Positions 48,835 through 58,594 of a stretch of DNA of 64,000 nt are shown here, in pieces (position 1 is the first letter of the stretch; every line of letters begins with the position of its first letter). The stretch comes from Alphaproteobacteria bacterium (GTDB lineage Bacteria; Pseudomonadota; Alphaproteobacteria; UBA828). The notes below the pieces were generated by a model that had not been told where the DNA came from, ran no database searches, and saw only the letters and a program-made list of their open reading frames with translations. A program made the translations under genes and the position numbers. The stretch lies in NCBI GenBank assembly GCA_965214705.1, contig OZ243972.1:3840001-3904000 (forward strand). Reading direction: 5' to 3'.

Positions 48835-49962
48835 ATGGCGGAACGTGGCGATGTAGAAATCAGGGGCGTGACCAAACGGTTCGGCCCGACGATGGCCGTC
48901 GAGGATATCGACATCACGATCCCCGACGGTTCCTACTGCTGCCTGCTCGGGCCGAGCGGCTGCGGCAAGACGACTCTGCTCCGCATCATCGCGGGCCATG
49001 AAGTGCCGACCGAGGGTGATGTGCTGATCGGCGGGGAGTCGGTAATCGGCAAGCCCACCGGCCAGCGCGGCACGTCGATGATGTTCCAGAGCTACGCGCT
49101 CTTCCCGCACCTGACCGTGCTGGACAATGTCGCCTTCAGCCTGAAGATGAAGAGAGTCGCCAAGGGCGAGCGCCGCGAGCGCGCCTACGAGGTGCTGAAG
49201 CGCGTGCAGCTCGACCCGCTGGCCGACCGCATGCCGGCGCAGCTCTCGGGTGGGCAGCAGCAGCGTGTCGCGCTCGCCCGTTCGCTGATCACCAACCCCA
49301 AAGTGTTGCTGCTCGACGAGCCGCTGTCTGCGCTGGACGAGTTCCTGCGCCTGCAGATGCGCGCCGAGCTGAAGTTCATCCAGATCGATCTCGGCATCAC
49401 CTTCATCCACGTCACCCACACCCAGCCGGAGGCGCTGGCGATTGCCGACATGGTCGTGGTGATGGACACCGGACATATCGAGCAGGCGGCGACCGGGCCG
49501 GAGATCTACGATCAGCCCCGCACCACCTATGTTGCGGAGTTCATGGGCGGTTGGAACGTGTTTTCCGGCAAGGTGGCGGGAGTAGAGAACAACGTGGTGA
49601 CGGTCGCGGGCACCGAAGGCGACAATTTCCACTTGCCAAGCAACGGCCATCAGATCGGCGAGGAAGTGAATTTCGGCGTCCGCCGCGACAAGGTGCATCT
49701 GGCGGGCGGGAGCATTGATCTGGACCGTGGTAACGCGTTGGGCGGCACGGTCCACGCGATCGAATACCAGGGCAACTGGGTCAAGCTCACCATGACCCGG
49801 GAGCAGAAGCGGGATCTCGTGGCGGTGATCGAGGACCGTGAGTATTTCGCCAACCCGACCAAGGTGGGCGACCAGGTCACGGTCACATGGGCCAGCAAGG
49901 ACGTGCGCGTGATGGAGCGCGCAACCGGCGCCCAGAACCTGATTGGAGAGAGTTTCGACTAG
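48835..49962 (+). CDS. PotA-like ABC ATPase with TOBE domain
   Basis: GPSGCGKTT, FQSYALFPHL, LSGGQQQRVALAR, VTH. Confidence 0.9.
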   Translation: MAERGDVEIRGVTKRFGPTMAVEDIDITIPDGSYCCLLGPSGCGKTTLLRIIAGHEVPTEGDVLIGGESVIGKPTGQRGTSMMFQSYALFPHLTVLDNVAFSLKMKRVAKGERRERAYEVLKRVQLDPLADRMPAQLSGGQQQRVALARSLITNPKVLLLDEPLSALDEFLRLQMRAELKFIQIDLGITFIHVTHTQPEALAIADMVVVMDTGHIEQAATGPEIYDQPRTTYVAEFMGGWNVFSGKVAGVENNVVTVAGTEGDNFHLPSNGHQIGEEVNFGVRRDKVHLAGGSIDLDRGNALGGTVHAIEYQGNWVKLTMTREQKRDLVAVIEDREYFANPTKVGDQVTVTWASKDVRVMERATGAQNLIGESFD

Positions 49963-50072
49963 CGTTTGTTCACTGGCGGCCGCCGGCAGCCGTCGCACTG
50001 CATCGACCGAGGAACATCGCCCAGGCCGGCGAGAGGGCGAGTATTCGAGGAACGCAGGCGAGGGAGGAAAGC

Positions 50073-51380
50073 ATGCGCAAGACCAGTAGCGACACGAGCA
50101 AGACGGGCGTGAGCCGCCGTTCGCTCCTCAAGGGGACGGCGGCCGTGGCCGGTGTTGCTGCTGCGACCCAGCTTACGGGCGGTTTCCCGACCGTATGGTC
50201 GCAGGACATCAAGGACCTGACCCTCCGGTCGACCGGCGGGCCGTGGTCGCATTTCCAGCTTCTGGAGAACATGGCCAACGAGGACCTGGACTTCACGGTC
50301 CAGCTCACTCCCGTCGGCCTCGACGAGATTCAGAAGCGGGGTCTGACTCAGACCGGGTCGTCCGACCTGTTTGAGCCGGCCTATCTGCAGATGAAGTTCT
50401 TCTGGCCCACCGGCAAGTTCATGCCTTGGGACACCACCAAGCTGCCCGAGTGGGACAAGGTGGTCGACCTCTACAAGGCGCCGGGCAAGATCTGGCCCGA
50501 TGCGTGGTTCGGCCAGGGGCAGAACCCGAGCACCGTGTCGTACACGTCGGGACCCGACACCAATGATTTCGTGGAGGCGGGCTCGACGCAGTGGCTGACG
50601 GCCCATCCGGTGCTGCACAACGCCGATACGCTCGGCATCCGGCCCGACCTGATTGGCCGGCCCATCGATTCCTGGGCCGAGCTGATCAATCCGGAATTCG
50701 CCGGCAAGGCAGCGCTGGTGAGCTTCCCGACCATCGGCCTGATGGACGCGGCGACAGCCTTCGAGGCGGCCGGTGAAATCACCTATGGTGACAAGGGCAA
50801 CATGACCCAGGACGAAATCGACTACAGCGTCGAGCGTCTGATCCAGCTCAAGAACGACGGCCACTGGCGTGCGCTTTGGTCGGCGTTCAACGAGTCGGTC
50901 CAGCTCATGGTCAACGGCGAGGTGGTGATCCAGTCCATGTGGTCGCCGGCGGTCACGGCCGTGCGGGCCCAGGGCGTGCCCTGCATCTATCAGGACCTGA
51001 AGGAGGGATATCGCTCCTGGACCACGGGCCACGTCCTGCCCAACCATCTCGAGGGCAAGATGATCGGCGCGGCTTACGACTACGTGACCTGGTATCACAC
51101 GGGTCGTGTCGGCGCCATGTTCGCCAGGCAGGGCTACTACGTAGTCACGCCCGACAACACAAGGAAGGTGCTGCCCGAGGCCGAATGGGACTTCTGGTAC
51201 GAGGGCAAGCCGGCGACGGTCGAAATCTACGACCCGTTTGGCAACCTGATGGAGAAGCCCGGCACGATCCGCGACGGCGGCTCGTACAAGAACCGCATGG
51301 GCCGTGTCGCCATCTGGAACTCCACCATGGACGAGAACAAGTACCTGACCAGGCGGTGGGCCGAATTCATCGCCGCGTAG
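50073..51380 (+). CDS. Tat-exported PotD-like substrate-binding protein
   Basis: SRRSLLK twin-arginine signal; SWAELINP, IQSMWSP; ATG 50073 after GGAGG. Confidence 0.85.
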   Translation: MRKTSSDTSKTGVSRRSLLKGTAAVAGVAAATQLTGGFPTVWSQDIKDLTLRSTGGPWSHFQLLENMANEDLDFTVQLTPVGLDEIQKRGLTQTGSSDLFEPAYLQMKFFWPTGKFMPWDTTKLPEWDKVVDLYKAPGKIWPDAWFGQGQNPSTVSYTSGPDTNDFVEAGSTQWLTAHPVLHNADTLGIRPDLIGRPIDSWAELINPEFAGKAALVSFPTIGLMDAATAFEAAGEITYGDKGNMTQDEIDYSVERLIQLKNDGHWRALWSAFNESVQLMVNGEVVIQSMWSPAVTAVRAQGVPCIYQDLKEGYRSWTTGHVLPNHLEGKMIGAAYDYVTWYHTGRVGAMFARQGYYVVTPDNTRKVLPEAEWDFWYEGKPATVEIYDPFGNLMEKPGTIRDGGSYKNRMGRVAIWNSTMDENKYLTRRWAEFIAA

Positions 51381-51394
51381 ATTACGAAACCGGA

Positions 51395-51429
51395 TGTGGG
51401 GCGTCTCCGGGCGCCCCACACTCTTTTTT
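51395..51429 (+). terminator. Intrinsic terminator-like hairpin inside the ABC operon
   Basis: tgtggggcgtc-tccg-ggcgccccaca followed by ctctttttt. Confidence 0.7.
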
Positions 51430-51475
51430 CTGCATTGCCCCCTGACAGGCCTTCAATGCCGATGAGAGCTGAACT

Positions 51476-52342
51476 ATGGTGCGCGTGATCACTTCAGCGT
51501 TGCGATATCGCGCCGCGCTGCAGATCTCGCCGCTCAGCCTGGCGCTGCTGTTCTTCCTCGTAGGGCCCGTGATCATGATCATGATCATGAGCTTCTACGA
51601 ATTCACCGGGTTCATGACCGTCCCGGATGCCACGCTCGAGAATTACATCGAGCTGTTCACCTCAAGCCTGACGGGCGTCAATTACCTGCAGACCCTGAAG
51701 ATGGTCGGGATCACCTGGGTGGTGACCCTGGTCCTCGGTTTCACCTTGGCCTATTTCCTGGTTTTCGATCTTGTCGAGTTGCGAACGAAGTTGCTGCTGT
51801 TCCTGCTGTGCGTGGTGCCGTTCTGGACCTCCAGCGTCATTCGGATGGTGGCGTGGGTGCCTTTCCTCGGCAAGGAAGGCATCATCAATAAGTTCGTGAT
51901 CTGGACCGGCATTTCCTCCGAGCCGCTCCAGTTCCTCCTGTTTTCCGAATTCGCCGTGTTCCTCTCCTACATTCAAATCTTCACGCTGTTCATGATGGCG
52001 CCGCTCTTCAACGTCATGGCCCGAATCAACCGCGACCTGATCGAGGCGGCGCGGGACAACGGCGCGTCCGGGATTCAAATCCTGTGGCACGTGATTATCC
52101 CGCTCTGCAAGCCCGGCATCGCCATCGGGACGATCTTCGTCGTCAGCCTGGTGGCCAGCGATTTCGCGGCGGTCAGCCTTCTCGGCGGCCAGCGCGTCGG
52201 CACCGTTTCGATCTCCATGATCATTCAGATGAACATGGCGCAATATCCCCCCAGCAGCGCGACGGGAGTGATCCTGCTGGTTGTGGTTCTCCTGATCGTG
52301 GGCGGCATCATGCGCATGGTGGACGTGAGGAAACAGCTGTGA
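51476..52342 (+). CDS. PotB-like ABC permease
   Basis: PFWTS, EAARDNGA EAA loop. Confidence 0.88.
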   Translation: MVRVITSALRYRAALQISPLSLALLFFLVGPVIMIMIMSFYEFTGFMTVPDATLENYIELFTSSLTGVNYLQTLKMVGITWVVTLVLGFTLAYFLVFDLVELRTKLLLFLLCVVPFWTSSVIRMVAWVPFLGKEGIINKFVIWTGISSEPLQFLLFSEFAVFLSYIQIFTLFMMAPLFNVMARINRDLIEAARDNGASGIQILWHVIIPLCKPGIAIGTIFVVSLVASDFAAVSLLGGQRVGTVSISMIIQMNMAQYPPSSATGVILLVVVLLIVGGIMRMVDVRKQL

Positions 52343-53214
52343 GCCAGAGAGCGGAATTCCGCCGGGCACCCGGCTACTGGCCGCGCGCGGCGCTGTTCTA
52401 CCTGTACTTGCTGTTCCTCTACGGGCCGATCCTGATCATCGCCGTGCTGTCATTTCAGGGACCGCTGGCCTCGATGACGTTCCCGATGCAGGGGCTCTCT
52501 CTTCACTGGTTCAGCGAGGTGGTCGATCCGGGCGGCTTCAGCCGCCAGGACTTCCGCATGCCCTTCGTGCGCTCGCTGATCCTCGCCATCATCGTCATGG
52601 TCCTGACGATGGGGCTTTCGTTCCTGGCCGGATTGGCGTTCCGCAAGAGCTTCAAGGGCAACATCGTTGTCTTCTACGTCGTGGTGGCGAGCCTGATCGC
52701 GCCGTCGGCGTTGATCAGCCTCGGCATCGGGCTGGGCTTCAACGAGCTCGGCCTGCAGAGCCAGTGGTATACCGGCGCCCTCGGCGCGCATCTGAGCTGG
52801 ACTCTGCCGTTCGGCGTTCTGATCATGCTGGCGATCTTCAGCCGCTTGGACCCGTCGCTGGAAGAGGCGGCGCGCGACCAGGGCGCGACCGAATGGCAGA
52901 CTCTGCGCAATGTAATTGTGCCAATCACCCTGCCGGGCCTGATCGGCGTGGCGCTGTTCGGATTCACGCTCTCTTACGACGAATACCCGCGCACCTCGAC
53001 CATCGTGGGCGAATTCAACACGCTGCCGGTCGAGGTGATGAACACGATCAACATCGCGGCGACACCGGTCATCTACGCGATCGGAACGATGACGACGCTG
53101 TTCTCGCTCTTGGTCATCTTCGCGAGCTTCCTCGCCGTCTACATCATTCAGAAGCGGCGGACCGGCGCTGGCTTGGGCATCGCCCGGAAGGCCGCAAAGG
53201 CGGACAGCAGTTAA
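52339..53214 (+). CDS. PotC-like ABC permease
   Basis: FLYGP, LEEAARDQGA, FTLSYDE; GTGA overlap. Confidence 0.88.
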   Translation: MSQRAEFRRAPGYWPRAALFYLYLLFLYGPILIIAVLSFQGPLASMTFPMQGLSLHWFSEVVDPGGFSRQDFRMPFVRSLILAIIVMVLTMGLSFLAGLAFRKSFKGNIVVFYVVVASLIAPSALISLGIGLGFNELGLQSQWYTGALGAHLSWTLPFGVLIMLAIFSRLDPSLEEAARDQGATEWQTLRNVIVPITLPGLIGVALFGFTLSYDEYPRTSTIVGEFNTLPVEVMNTINIAATPVIYAIGTMTTLFSLLVIFASFLAVYIIQKRRTGAGLGIARKAAKADSS

Positions 53215-53316
53215 TTCGGGCCGCGGGCGCGGGCCGGGGCCGGCAGGAGCCGGCTACCGGCCGTTGCGGTGCGCCGGCCCGGCTATGACCGAACCCGGCG
53301 ATCGGGAGGAGGAAGA

Positions 53317-55371
53317 ATGGCTTTTCGCTTAGGGGTGGACGTTGGCGGGACGTTCACCGATCTCTTGCTGATCGACGAATCGAGCGGCGGCACCTACCGC
53401 GCGAAGGTACCGTCCACCCCGCAGGATTCCTCGATCGGCGTGCTCAACGGCATCGAGCGGGTGTGCGATAACGCGGGCGTCGAGCCGGCCTCGATCACCC
53501 ACGTGATGCACGGCACCACGGTCGCGACCAACACCATCCTGGAAGGGAAGGGCGCCCGCGTCGGCATCGTGACCACCGAGGGCTACGGGCAGATGCTGCA
53601 GATCGCCCGTTCCTTCGTGCCCGGCATCCTCGCCGGTTGGATCATCTGGCCCAAGCCCGAGCCGCTTGCACCACTAGATCTCACCGTCGAGGCGAAGGAG
53701 CGCACCGGCGCGCGGGGCGACGTGGTCCGCGAGCTGAACGAGGACGATCTGCGCGAGAAGCTCACCCATCTCAAGACGAAAGGGATCGAGGCGCTGACCG
53801 TCTGCCTGATGAACGCCTATGCCGGCGGCATCCACGAAGAGCAGATCCGCGAGATCGCCCACGAGGTCATGCCCGGCGTGCCGGTCTCGATCTCGTCCGA
53901 GGTCCTGCCGGAGATGTACGAGTACGAGCGCGCGATCACCACGGTCGCCAACTCCTACGTGGCACCGGTGGTTCAAGTCTACGTCCGCAACCTGGAGCAG
54001 GAGCTGAAGCAGCGCAAAATCGACGCCCACCTTCACATCCTGCGCTCGGACGGCGGTCTCGCCTCGGTCGAGGCCAGCCGCAACTCGCCGGTGAACGTGC
54101 TGATGAGCGGTCCTGCCGGCGGTGTTGCCGGCGCGCTCTGGATTGCCAAGCAGGCCGGCTACCAGAACCTGCTCACGCTTGATATGGGCGGCACGTCCAC
54201 CGATGTGGCGCTAATTCTCGACGGCGTGCCGCGCAAGCGGCGCGAGACCACGGTGGGTGATGTCACGGTGCGTGCACCCTCGCTCGACGTGCGTACCGTG
54301 GGCGCCGGCGGCGGCTCGATCGCCCATGTGCCCGAGATCACGCGCGCGCTTCGTGTCGGGCCGCAGAGCGCGGGCGCCGATCCGGGGCCTGCGGCCTACG
54401 GGATGGGCGGCGACCAGCCGACCGTCACCGATGCCAACGTCGTTCTCGGCTATCTGCCGAGCGAGCTGATCGGCGGCGAGATGAAGCTCGATGTCGATGC
54501 CGCCGTCAACGCGGTGCAGACCGTCGCCACGGCTTTGGGTCTCGATCTCAAGCGGGCTGCGGCCGGCATCATCGACATCGTCAACGAGAACATGTTCGGT
54601 GCGCTCAGGCTGGTCTCGGTGCAGCAAGGGTTCGATCCGCGCGACTTCGCGCTAATCGCCTTCGGCGGGGCCGGGCCGCTGCACGCCAACGCGCTCGCCA
54701 AGCTGATGAACTCGTGGCCGGTCATCATCCCACCCTCGCCCGGCGTGCTCTGTGCTTACGGCGATGCCACGACGCGGGTGACCGACGAGGCCTCCATGAG
54801 CTTCGTCCGACGCTTCTCGGAGACCTCGGACGCCGAGGTGCGCGGCATCCTCGACGACCTTGAGACCCGCGCCCGGCAGGAGCTCGATGCCGAGGGCATC
54901 GCGCGCGAGGACCAGACCGTGCAGTACGAGGTGGACCTCCGCTACCACGGCCAGGGGCTGCAGTTGCCCGTAAGCTTCACGGCCGAGGAGTTCGAGCGCG
55001 AGGGCCTCGCCTGGCTCGCCAAGCAGTTCGACGACGAGCACACTCAGCTCTTCACCTTCGCGCTCGACGCGGAGCACGAGATCGTGACGCTGCGCGCCAT
55101 CATGCGCGGCGCCGAGACCTTCGTCGAGGCCGGTCACGTGGCCGAGGGCGGCGCCGATCCGTCGGCGGCCAAGGTTGCGAGCGGCACGGTTTATGTCGAC
55201 AATCGCGACCAGGAGGCCACCGTCTACGACCGCGGCAGGCTCCAGGCCGGCAACCGGATCGAGGGGCCGGCGATCGTGACCGAGATGGATTCGACGACGC
55301 TGGTATTGCCGGGCCATGTGGGCGTGGTCGACGGATACGGCAACATCATCATCAACCCGGTCGGCCACTGA
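53317..55371 (+). CDS. hyuA: N-methylhydantoinase A / oxoprolinase ATP-binding subunit
   Basis: [42 protein letters not shown]. Confidence 0.92.
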   Translation: MAFRLGVDVGGTFTDLLLIDESSGGTYRAKVPSTPQDSSIGVLNGIERVCDNAGVEPASITHVMHGTTVATNTILEGKGARVGIVTTEGYGQMLQIARSFVPGILAGWIIWPKPEPLAPLDLTVEAKERTGARGDVVRELNEDDLREKLTHLKTKGIEALTVCLMNAYAGGIHEEQIREIAHEVMPGVPVSISSEVLPEMYEYERAITTVANSYVAPVVQVYVRNLEQELKQRKIDAHLHILRSDGGLASVEASRNSPVNVLMSGPAGGVAGALWIAKQAGYQNLLTLDMGGTSTDVALILDGVPRKRRETTVGDVTVRAPSLDVRTVGAGGGSIAHVPEITRALRVGPQSAGADPGPAAYGMGGDQPTVTDANVVLGYLPSELIGGEMKLDVDAAVNAVQTVATALGLDLKRAAAGIIDIVNENMFGALRLVSVQQGFDPRDFALIAFGGAGPLHANALAKLMNSWPVIIPPSPGVLCAYGDATTRVTDEASMSFVRRFSETSDAEVRGILDDLETRARQELDAEGIAREDQTVQYEVDLRYHGQGLQLPVSFTAEEFEREGLAWLAKQFDDEHTQLFTFALDAEHEIVTLRAIMRGAETFVEAGHVAEGGADPSAAKVASGTVYVDNRDQEATVYDRGRLQAGNRIEGPAIVTEMDSTTLVLPGHVGVVDGYGNIIINPVGH

Positions 55372-55388
55372 GGCGGGGGAGAAGCGAC

Positions 55389-57314
55389 ATGCCAGTCACC
55401 ATCGTCCAGACCAACGACGCGCCGTTCGAGCCGGTCGACATGGACCCGATCACTCTCGACATCATCGAGAGTGCGCTGCGCAGCGCCCGCTACGAGATGG
55501 ACGCCGTGCTCTACCGCACCGCCATGTCGCCGGGAATTCGCGAGCAGCACGACGAGTTCCCGATGATCGCGAACCCCGACGGCAAGATGGTCGTCGGCCA
55601 GTTCGGCTCCTTCATCCACGGCTTCAAGCGCGAATACGATGGCACCATCGAGGAGGGGGATATTTTCCTCACCTCCGATCCCTATAGCTGCGCCGGCGCC
55701 ATCAGCCATGCGCCGGACTGGCTGATTCTCAGGCCGGTGTACCGCGACGGCCGGCTGATCGCCTATGCCTCGATGTTCGGCCACATGACCGATGTCGGCG
55801 GCAAGGTGCCGGGGAGCCTCCCGACGGATGCCAACCAGATCTACGAGGAAGGCGTCGTCATCCCCATCGTCAAGATCTACAAGAACGATGAGCTGCAGGA
55901 AGACGTGCTCAAGGTGATCCTGCACCAGTGCAGGATGCCGCAGTGGAACCGGAGCGACTTCAACGCGCTGATCGCCGCTGTTCGCCTCGCCGAGAAACGC
56001 ATTCACGAGCTCTGCGATCGCTTCGGCGTGGATACCGTGATCGCCGCGATGGACGAGCTGCTGGAGCGCAACCGCCGCGCGATGCTGCACCTGATCCGCA
56101 ACACGGTGGGCGAGGACGAGACCCTCTACTTCGAGGACTACATCTGCGACGACGGCCTCGGCATGGGCCCGTACAAGATGGCCTGCAAGATGTGGCGCGA
56201 CGGCGACGTCCTGGTGTTCGACTTCGACGGCACCGATCCGCAGTCGGAAAGCTCGATCAACTTCTTCCTCAACGAAGAAATGTTCAAGATGTTCGTCGGC
56301 GTCTACATGATCAACGTCTTCGATCCGCAGATCATGTTCAACGACGGCTTCTACGACCACGTCGACGTGAAGATCCCGCCGGGCACGCTGCTGAAGCCGC
56401 TGAAGCCGGCGGCGCTCTCCTCGCGCACCCACGCGCTCGGCCGCATCTTCGATGTGCTGGGCGGCCTGCTCGGCCAGCGCGCGCCCAACCTCATGGTGGC
56501 GGCCGGCTTCTCCGACAGCCCGCACTTCATGTATTCGGGCTATTCCAGCGAGGGCGAGTGGTACCAGCTCTACCAGATCGGCTTCGGCGGCATCCCCGGC
56601 CGGCCGGCCGGGGACGGCCCCGACGGGCACTCGCTCTGGCCCTCGTTCACCAACGTCCCCAACGAGTTCCTGGAGGCGTACTTCCCGCTCCGCATCGAGG
56701 TCTACGAGACCATCGCGGATTCCGGCGGCCCCGGCCTTCACCGCGGCGGCAACGGCGTCACCATCGGCTACCGGGCGCTCGAGCCCGGCGAGATGTCGCT
56801 GCACGACGACCGCTGGCTCACCTACCCGTGGGGCGTCAACGGCGGCCTGCCGGGCGGGCGCAGCCGCAAGGAGATCCACCGCGCCGACGGCTCCTTCGAG
56901 GTGCTGCCCTCGAAGTGCGACCACGTGAAGGTCGAGGCCGGCGACCTGCTGCTGTTTAAGACCTGGGGCGGCGGCGGCTGGGGCGATCCGCTGGAGCGCG
57001 ATCCCGCTCTGGTGGCGCTGGAGGTAGAGCGCGGGCTGGTCACGCGGGCTGGCGCAGAGCGCTACGGCGTGGTGCTGCGCGACGACCTGATGGTCGACGA
57101 AGAGGCCACGACCGCGCTTCGCGACAAGCTCCGCGCCGCTCGCGGCGAGGTGCAGCTTTTCGATCGCGGCGGCACCGTCGAGGAGCTGCGCGCGCGCTGC
57201 CTGGCGGAGACCGAGCTCGCGCCACCCAAGCCGCCGGAGTTCAACCGGCGCGTACTGCGCTTCCTGCAGGAGCGGGAGGCCAAGGCCGCCGAGGCCGGCG
57301 CCGCGGCGGAGTAG
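55389..57314 (+). CDS. hyuB: N-methylhydantoinase B / oxoprolinase subunit
   Basis: DPITLDII, SDPY...SHAPD, GHMTDVGG, DSGGPGLHRGG, GGGGWGDP. Confidence 0.92.
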   Translation: MPVTIVQTNDAPFEPVDMDPITLDIIESALRSARYEMDAVLYRTAMSPGIREQHDEFPMIANPDGKMVVGQFGSFIHGFKREYDGTIEEGDIFLTSDPYSCAGAISHAPDWLILRPVYRDGRLIAYASMFGHMTDVGGKVPGSLPTDANQIYEEGVVIPIVKIYKNDELQEDVLKVILHQCRMPQWNRSDFNALIAAVRLAEKRIHELCDRFGVDTVIAAMDELLERNRRAMLHLIRNTVGEDETLYFEDYICDDGLGMGPYKMACKMWRDGDVLVFDFDGTDPQSESSINFFLNEEMFKMFVGVYMINVFDPQIMFNDGFYDHVDVKIPPGTLLKPLKPAALSSRTHALGRIFDVLGGLLGQRAPNLMVAAGFSDSPHFMYSGYSSEGEWYQLYQIGFGGIPGRPAGDGPDGHSLWPSFTNVPNEFLEAYFPLRIEVYETIADSGGPGLHRGGNGVTIGYRALEPGEMSLHDDRWLTYPWGVNGGLPGGRSRKEIHRADGSFEVLPSKCDHVKVEAGDLLLFKTWGGGGWGDPLERDPALVALEVERGLVTRAGAERYGVVLRDDLMVDEEATTALRDKLRAARGEVQLFDRGGTVEELRARCLAETELAPPKPPEFNRRVLRFLQEREAKAAEAGAAAE

Positions 57315-57345
57315 GGCGCCCGCGCCACTCCGACTTCAAACGGAG

Positions 57346-57373
57346 AGAGGGGGCCGCACGGCCCCCTCTTTCT
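57346..57373 (+). terminator. Intrinsic terminator after hyuB
   Basis: agagggggcc-gcac-ggccccctct then ttct. Confidence 0.7.
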
Positions 57374-57460
57374 ATAGGAATCACATAGTTAGACTAACGA
57401 CAAAAGGAGTGTATCCGGTCGGGCTTCGCCATACAGGTAGTCGGCGATGCCGGTGGACTT

Positions 57461-58291
57461 TCATCCGGTCGGCAGATCGCCCTTGAGAAGGTCTGTCCAC
57501 AACTCGCCCGTGCAGCGATCGCCAGACCAGCCGCAGCCATCCGGTGCATAGACAACTCTGTTCTGGGCGTTGGAATCGTCCTCATAGGAACGCCACAGTC
57601 GTACGGACACGGCGTCGGGCCGGTCGACTTGAAGCCGATCGTAAGCTGCCCGCATCATGGTCTTGACTGCGGTCCTAGACGTCGGATCGGCGCCGGGTAT
57701 TTCTATCTCCAGCGTGACGCGCCGGCGGACCTGGCCGAAGGAGTTGTCGTTCTCCTTCACGAGGACATAGACCATAGGTGACCCATCACCGTTGTCGGAG
57801 AGTAACTCTGAGGGCGCTTCCGCCACTACATCTGCGAAATCCACTGCGGCGACGGTCGAGACATCTTCGGGCTGCGAGTCTGGTACGACAGCCATCGCGT
57901 CGAGACCGGGCTGTTCATCTGTCGGGAGACCCTGAAACACGTAGCTGGATGGCTCAACTCCTCCACTGAGCGCGAGGGCGGTATCGAGGTTGGTCTCCAC
58001 ACGGGTGAGACGTTGATTGATGCCACCGAGCTGCTGCCCCACCGCAGAGAGGCGCTGGTCAAACCCGTCAACGCGCTCTTCCAGACGCGCCAAGGTCTGG
58101 TCGATACTGCCAAGCTTCGGCTCAAGCACAGCTACGCGATGACCAACGTCGGCAACGTCGCCGCGCAAACTGTCGACGCTTGTGCCCAAAGCGCGAATGT
58201 CAGCCTGAGTGATGGAGTGTAAGCCGACGGTGACGCCGATGACCACCACGCCGACGCCGATCAATGCTATCGTCTGCTGCTCAAGTGCCAT
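57461..58291 (-). CDS. Hypothetical membrane-anchored coiled-coil protein
   Basis: N-terminal hydrophobic helix, heptad region, C-terminal domain with YAPDGCGWSG; lower GC and atypical codon usage. Confidence 0.65.
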   Translation of the reverse strand: MALEQQTIALIGVGVVVIGVTVGLHSITQADIRALGTSVDSLRGDVADVGHRVAVLEPKLGSIDQTLARLEERVDGFDQRLSAVGQQLGGINQRLTRVETNLDTALALSGGVEPSSYVFQGLPTDEQPGLDAMAVVPDSQPEDVSTVAAVDFADVVAEAPSELLSDNGDGSPMVYVLVKENDNSFGQVRRRVTLEIEIPGADPTSRTAVKTMMRAAYDRLQVDRPDAVSVRLWRSYEDDSNAQNRVVYAPDGCGWSGDRCTGELWTDLLKGDLPTG

Positions 58292-58377
58292 AGGAGTTCA
58301 CGCCGAACTGGGAATGGCGCGCTGCTCTGATGACATTATGTCCAATATTTCACCATTTTCAATGGGCGCACCCAGCT

Positions 58378-58422
58378 TGCGCGACAAGATGCGCGCGGCG
58401 CGAGGCGAGGTGCAGCTCTTGG
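58378..58422 (+). pseudogene. Relic fragment of a hyuB 3' end
   Basis: LRDKMRAARGEVQLL vs LRDKLRAARGEVQLF of hyuB; 35/41 nt identity with 57120-57160. Confidence 0.6.
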
Positions 58423-58594
58423 CGGTCTCGCGGGAGTTGCCCGGGATATAGGGGTTGCAGGAGGCGCAGGCGCAGGGCACTTGCGCTGCCGCCAACCTTG
58501 TACTGGTCTCGTGTCGACGGCGGGCCTGGCCCGTATTCCTCACCACGGTCGCGGCCTGCGTCGCTTCAGGCGAAGCGGAGAAGGGAGAGACGAC

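Noticed and set aside
58209-58451. 80-aa ORF ending in LRDKMRAARGEVQLL as a real gene
   Set aside because: It overlaps the opposite-strand gene and has no RBS; only the short hyuB-like relic is meaningful.
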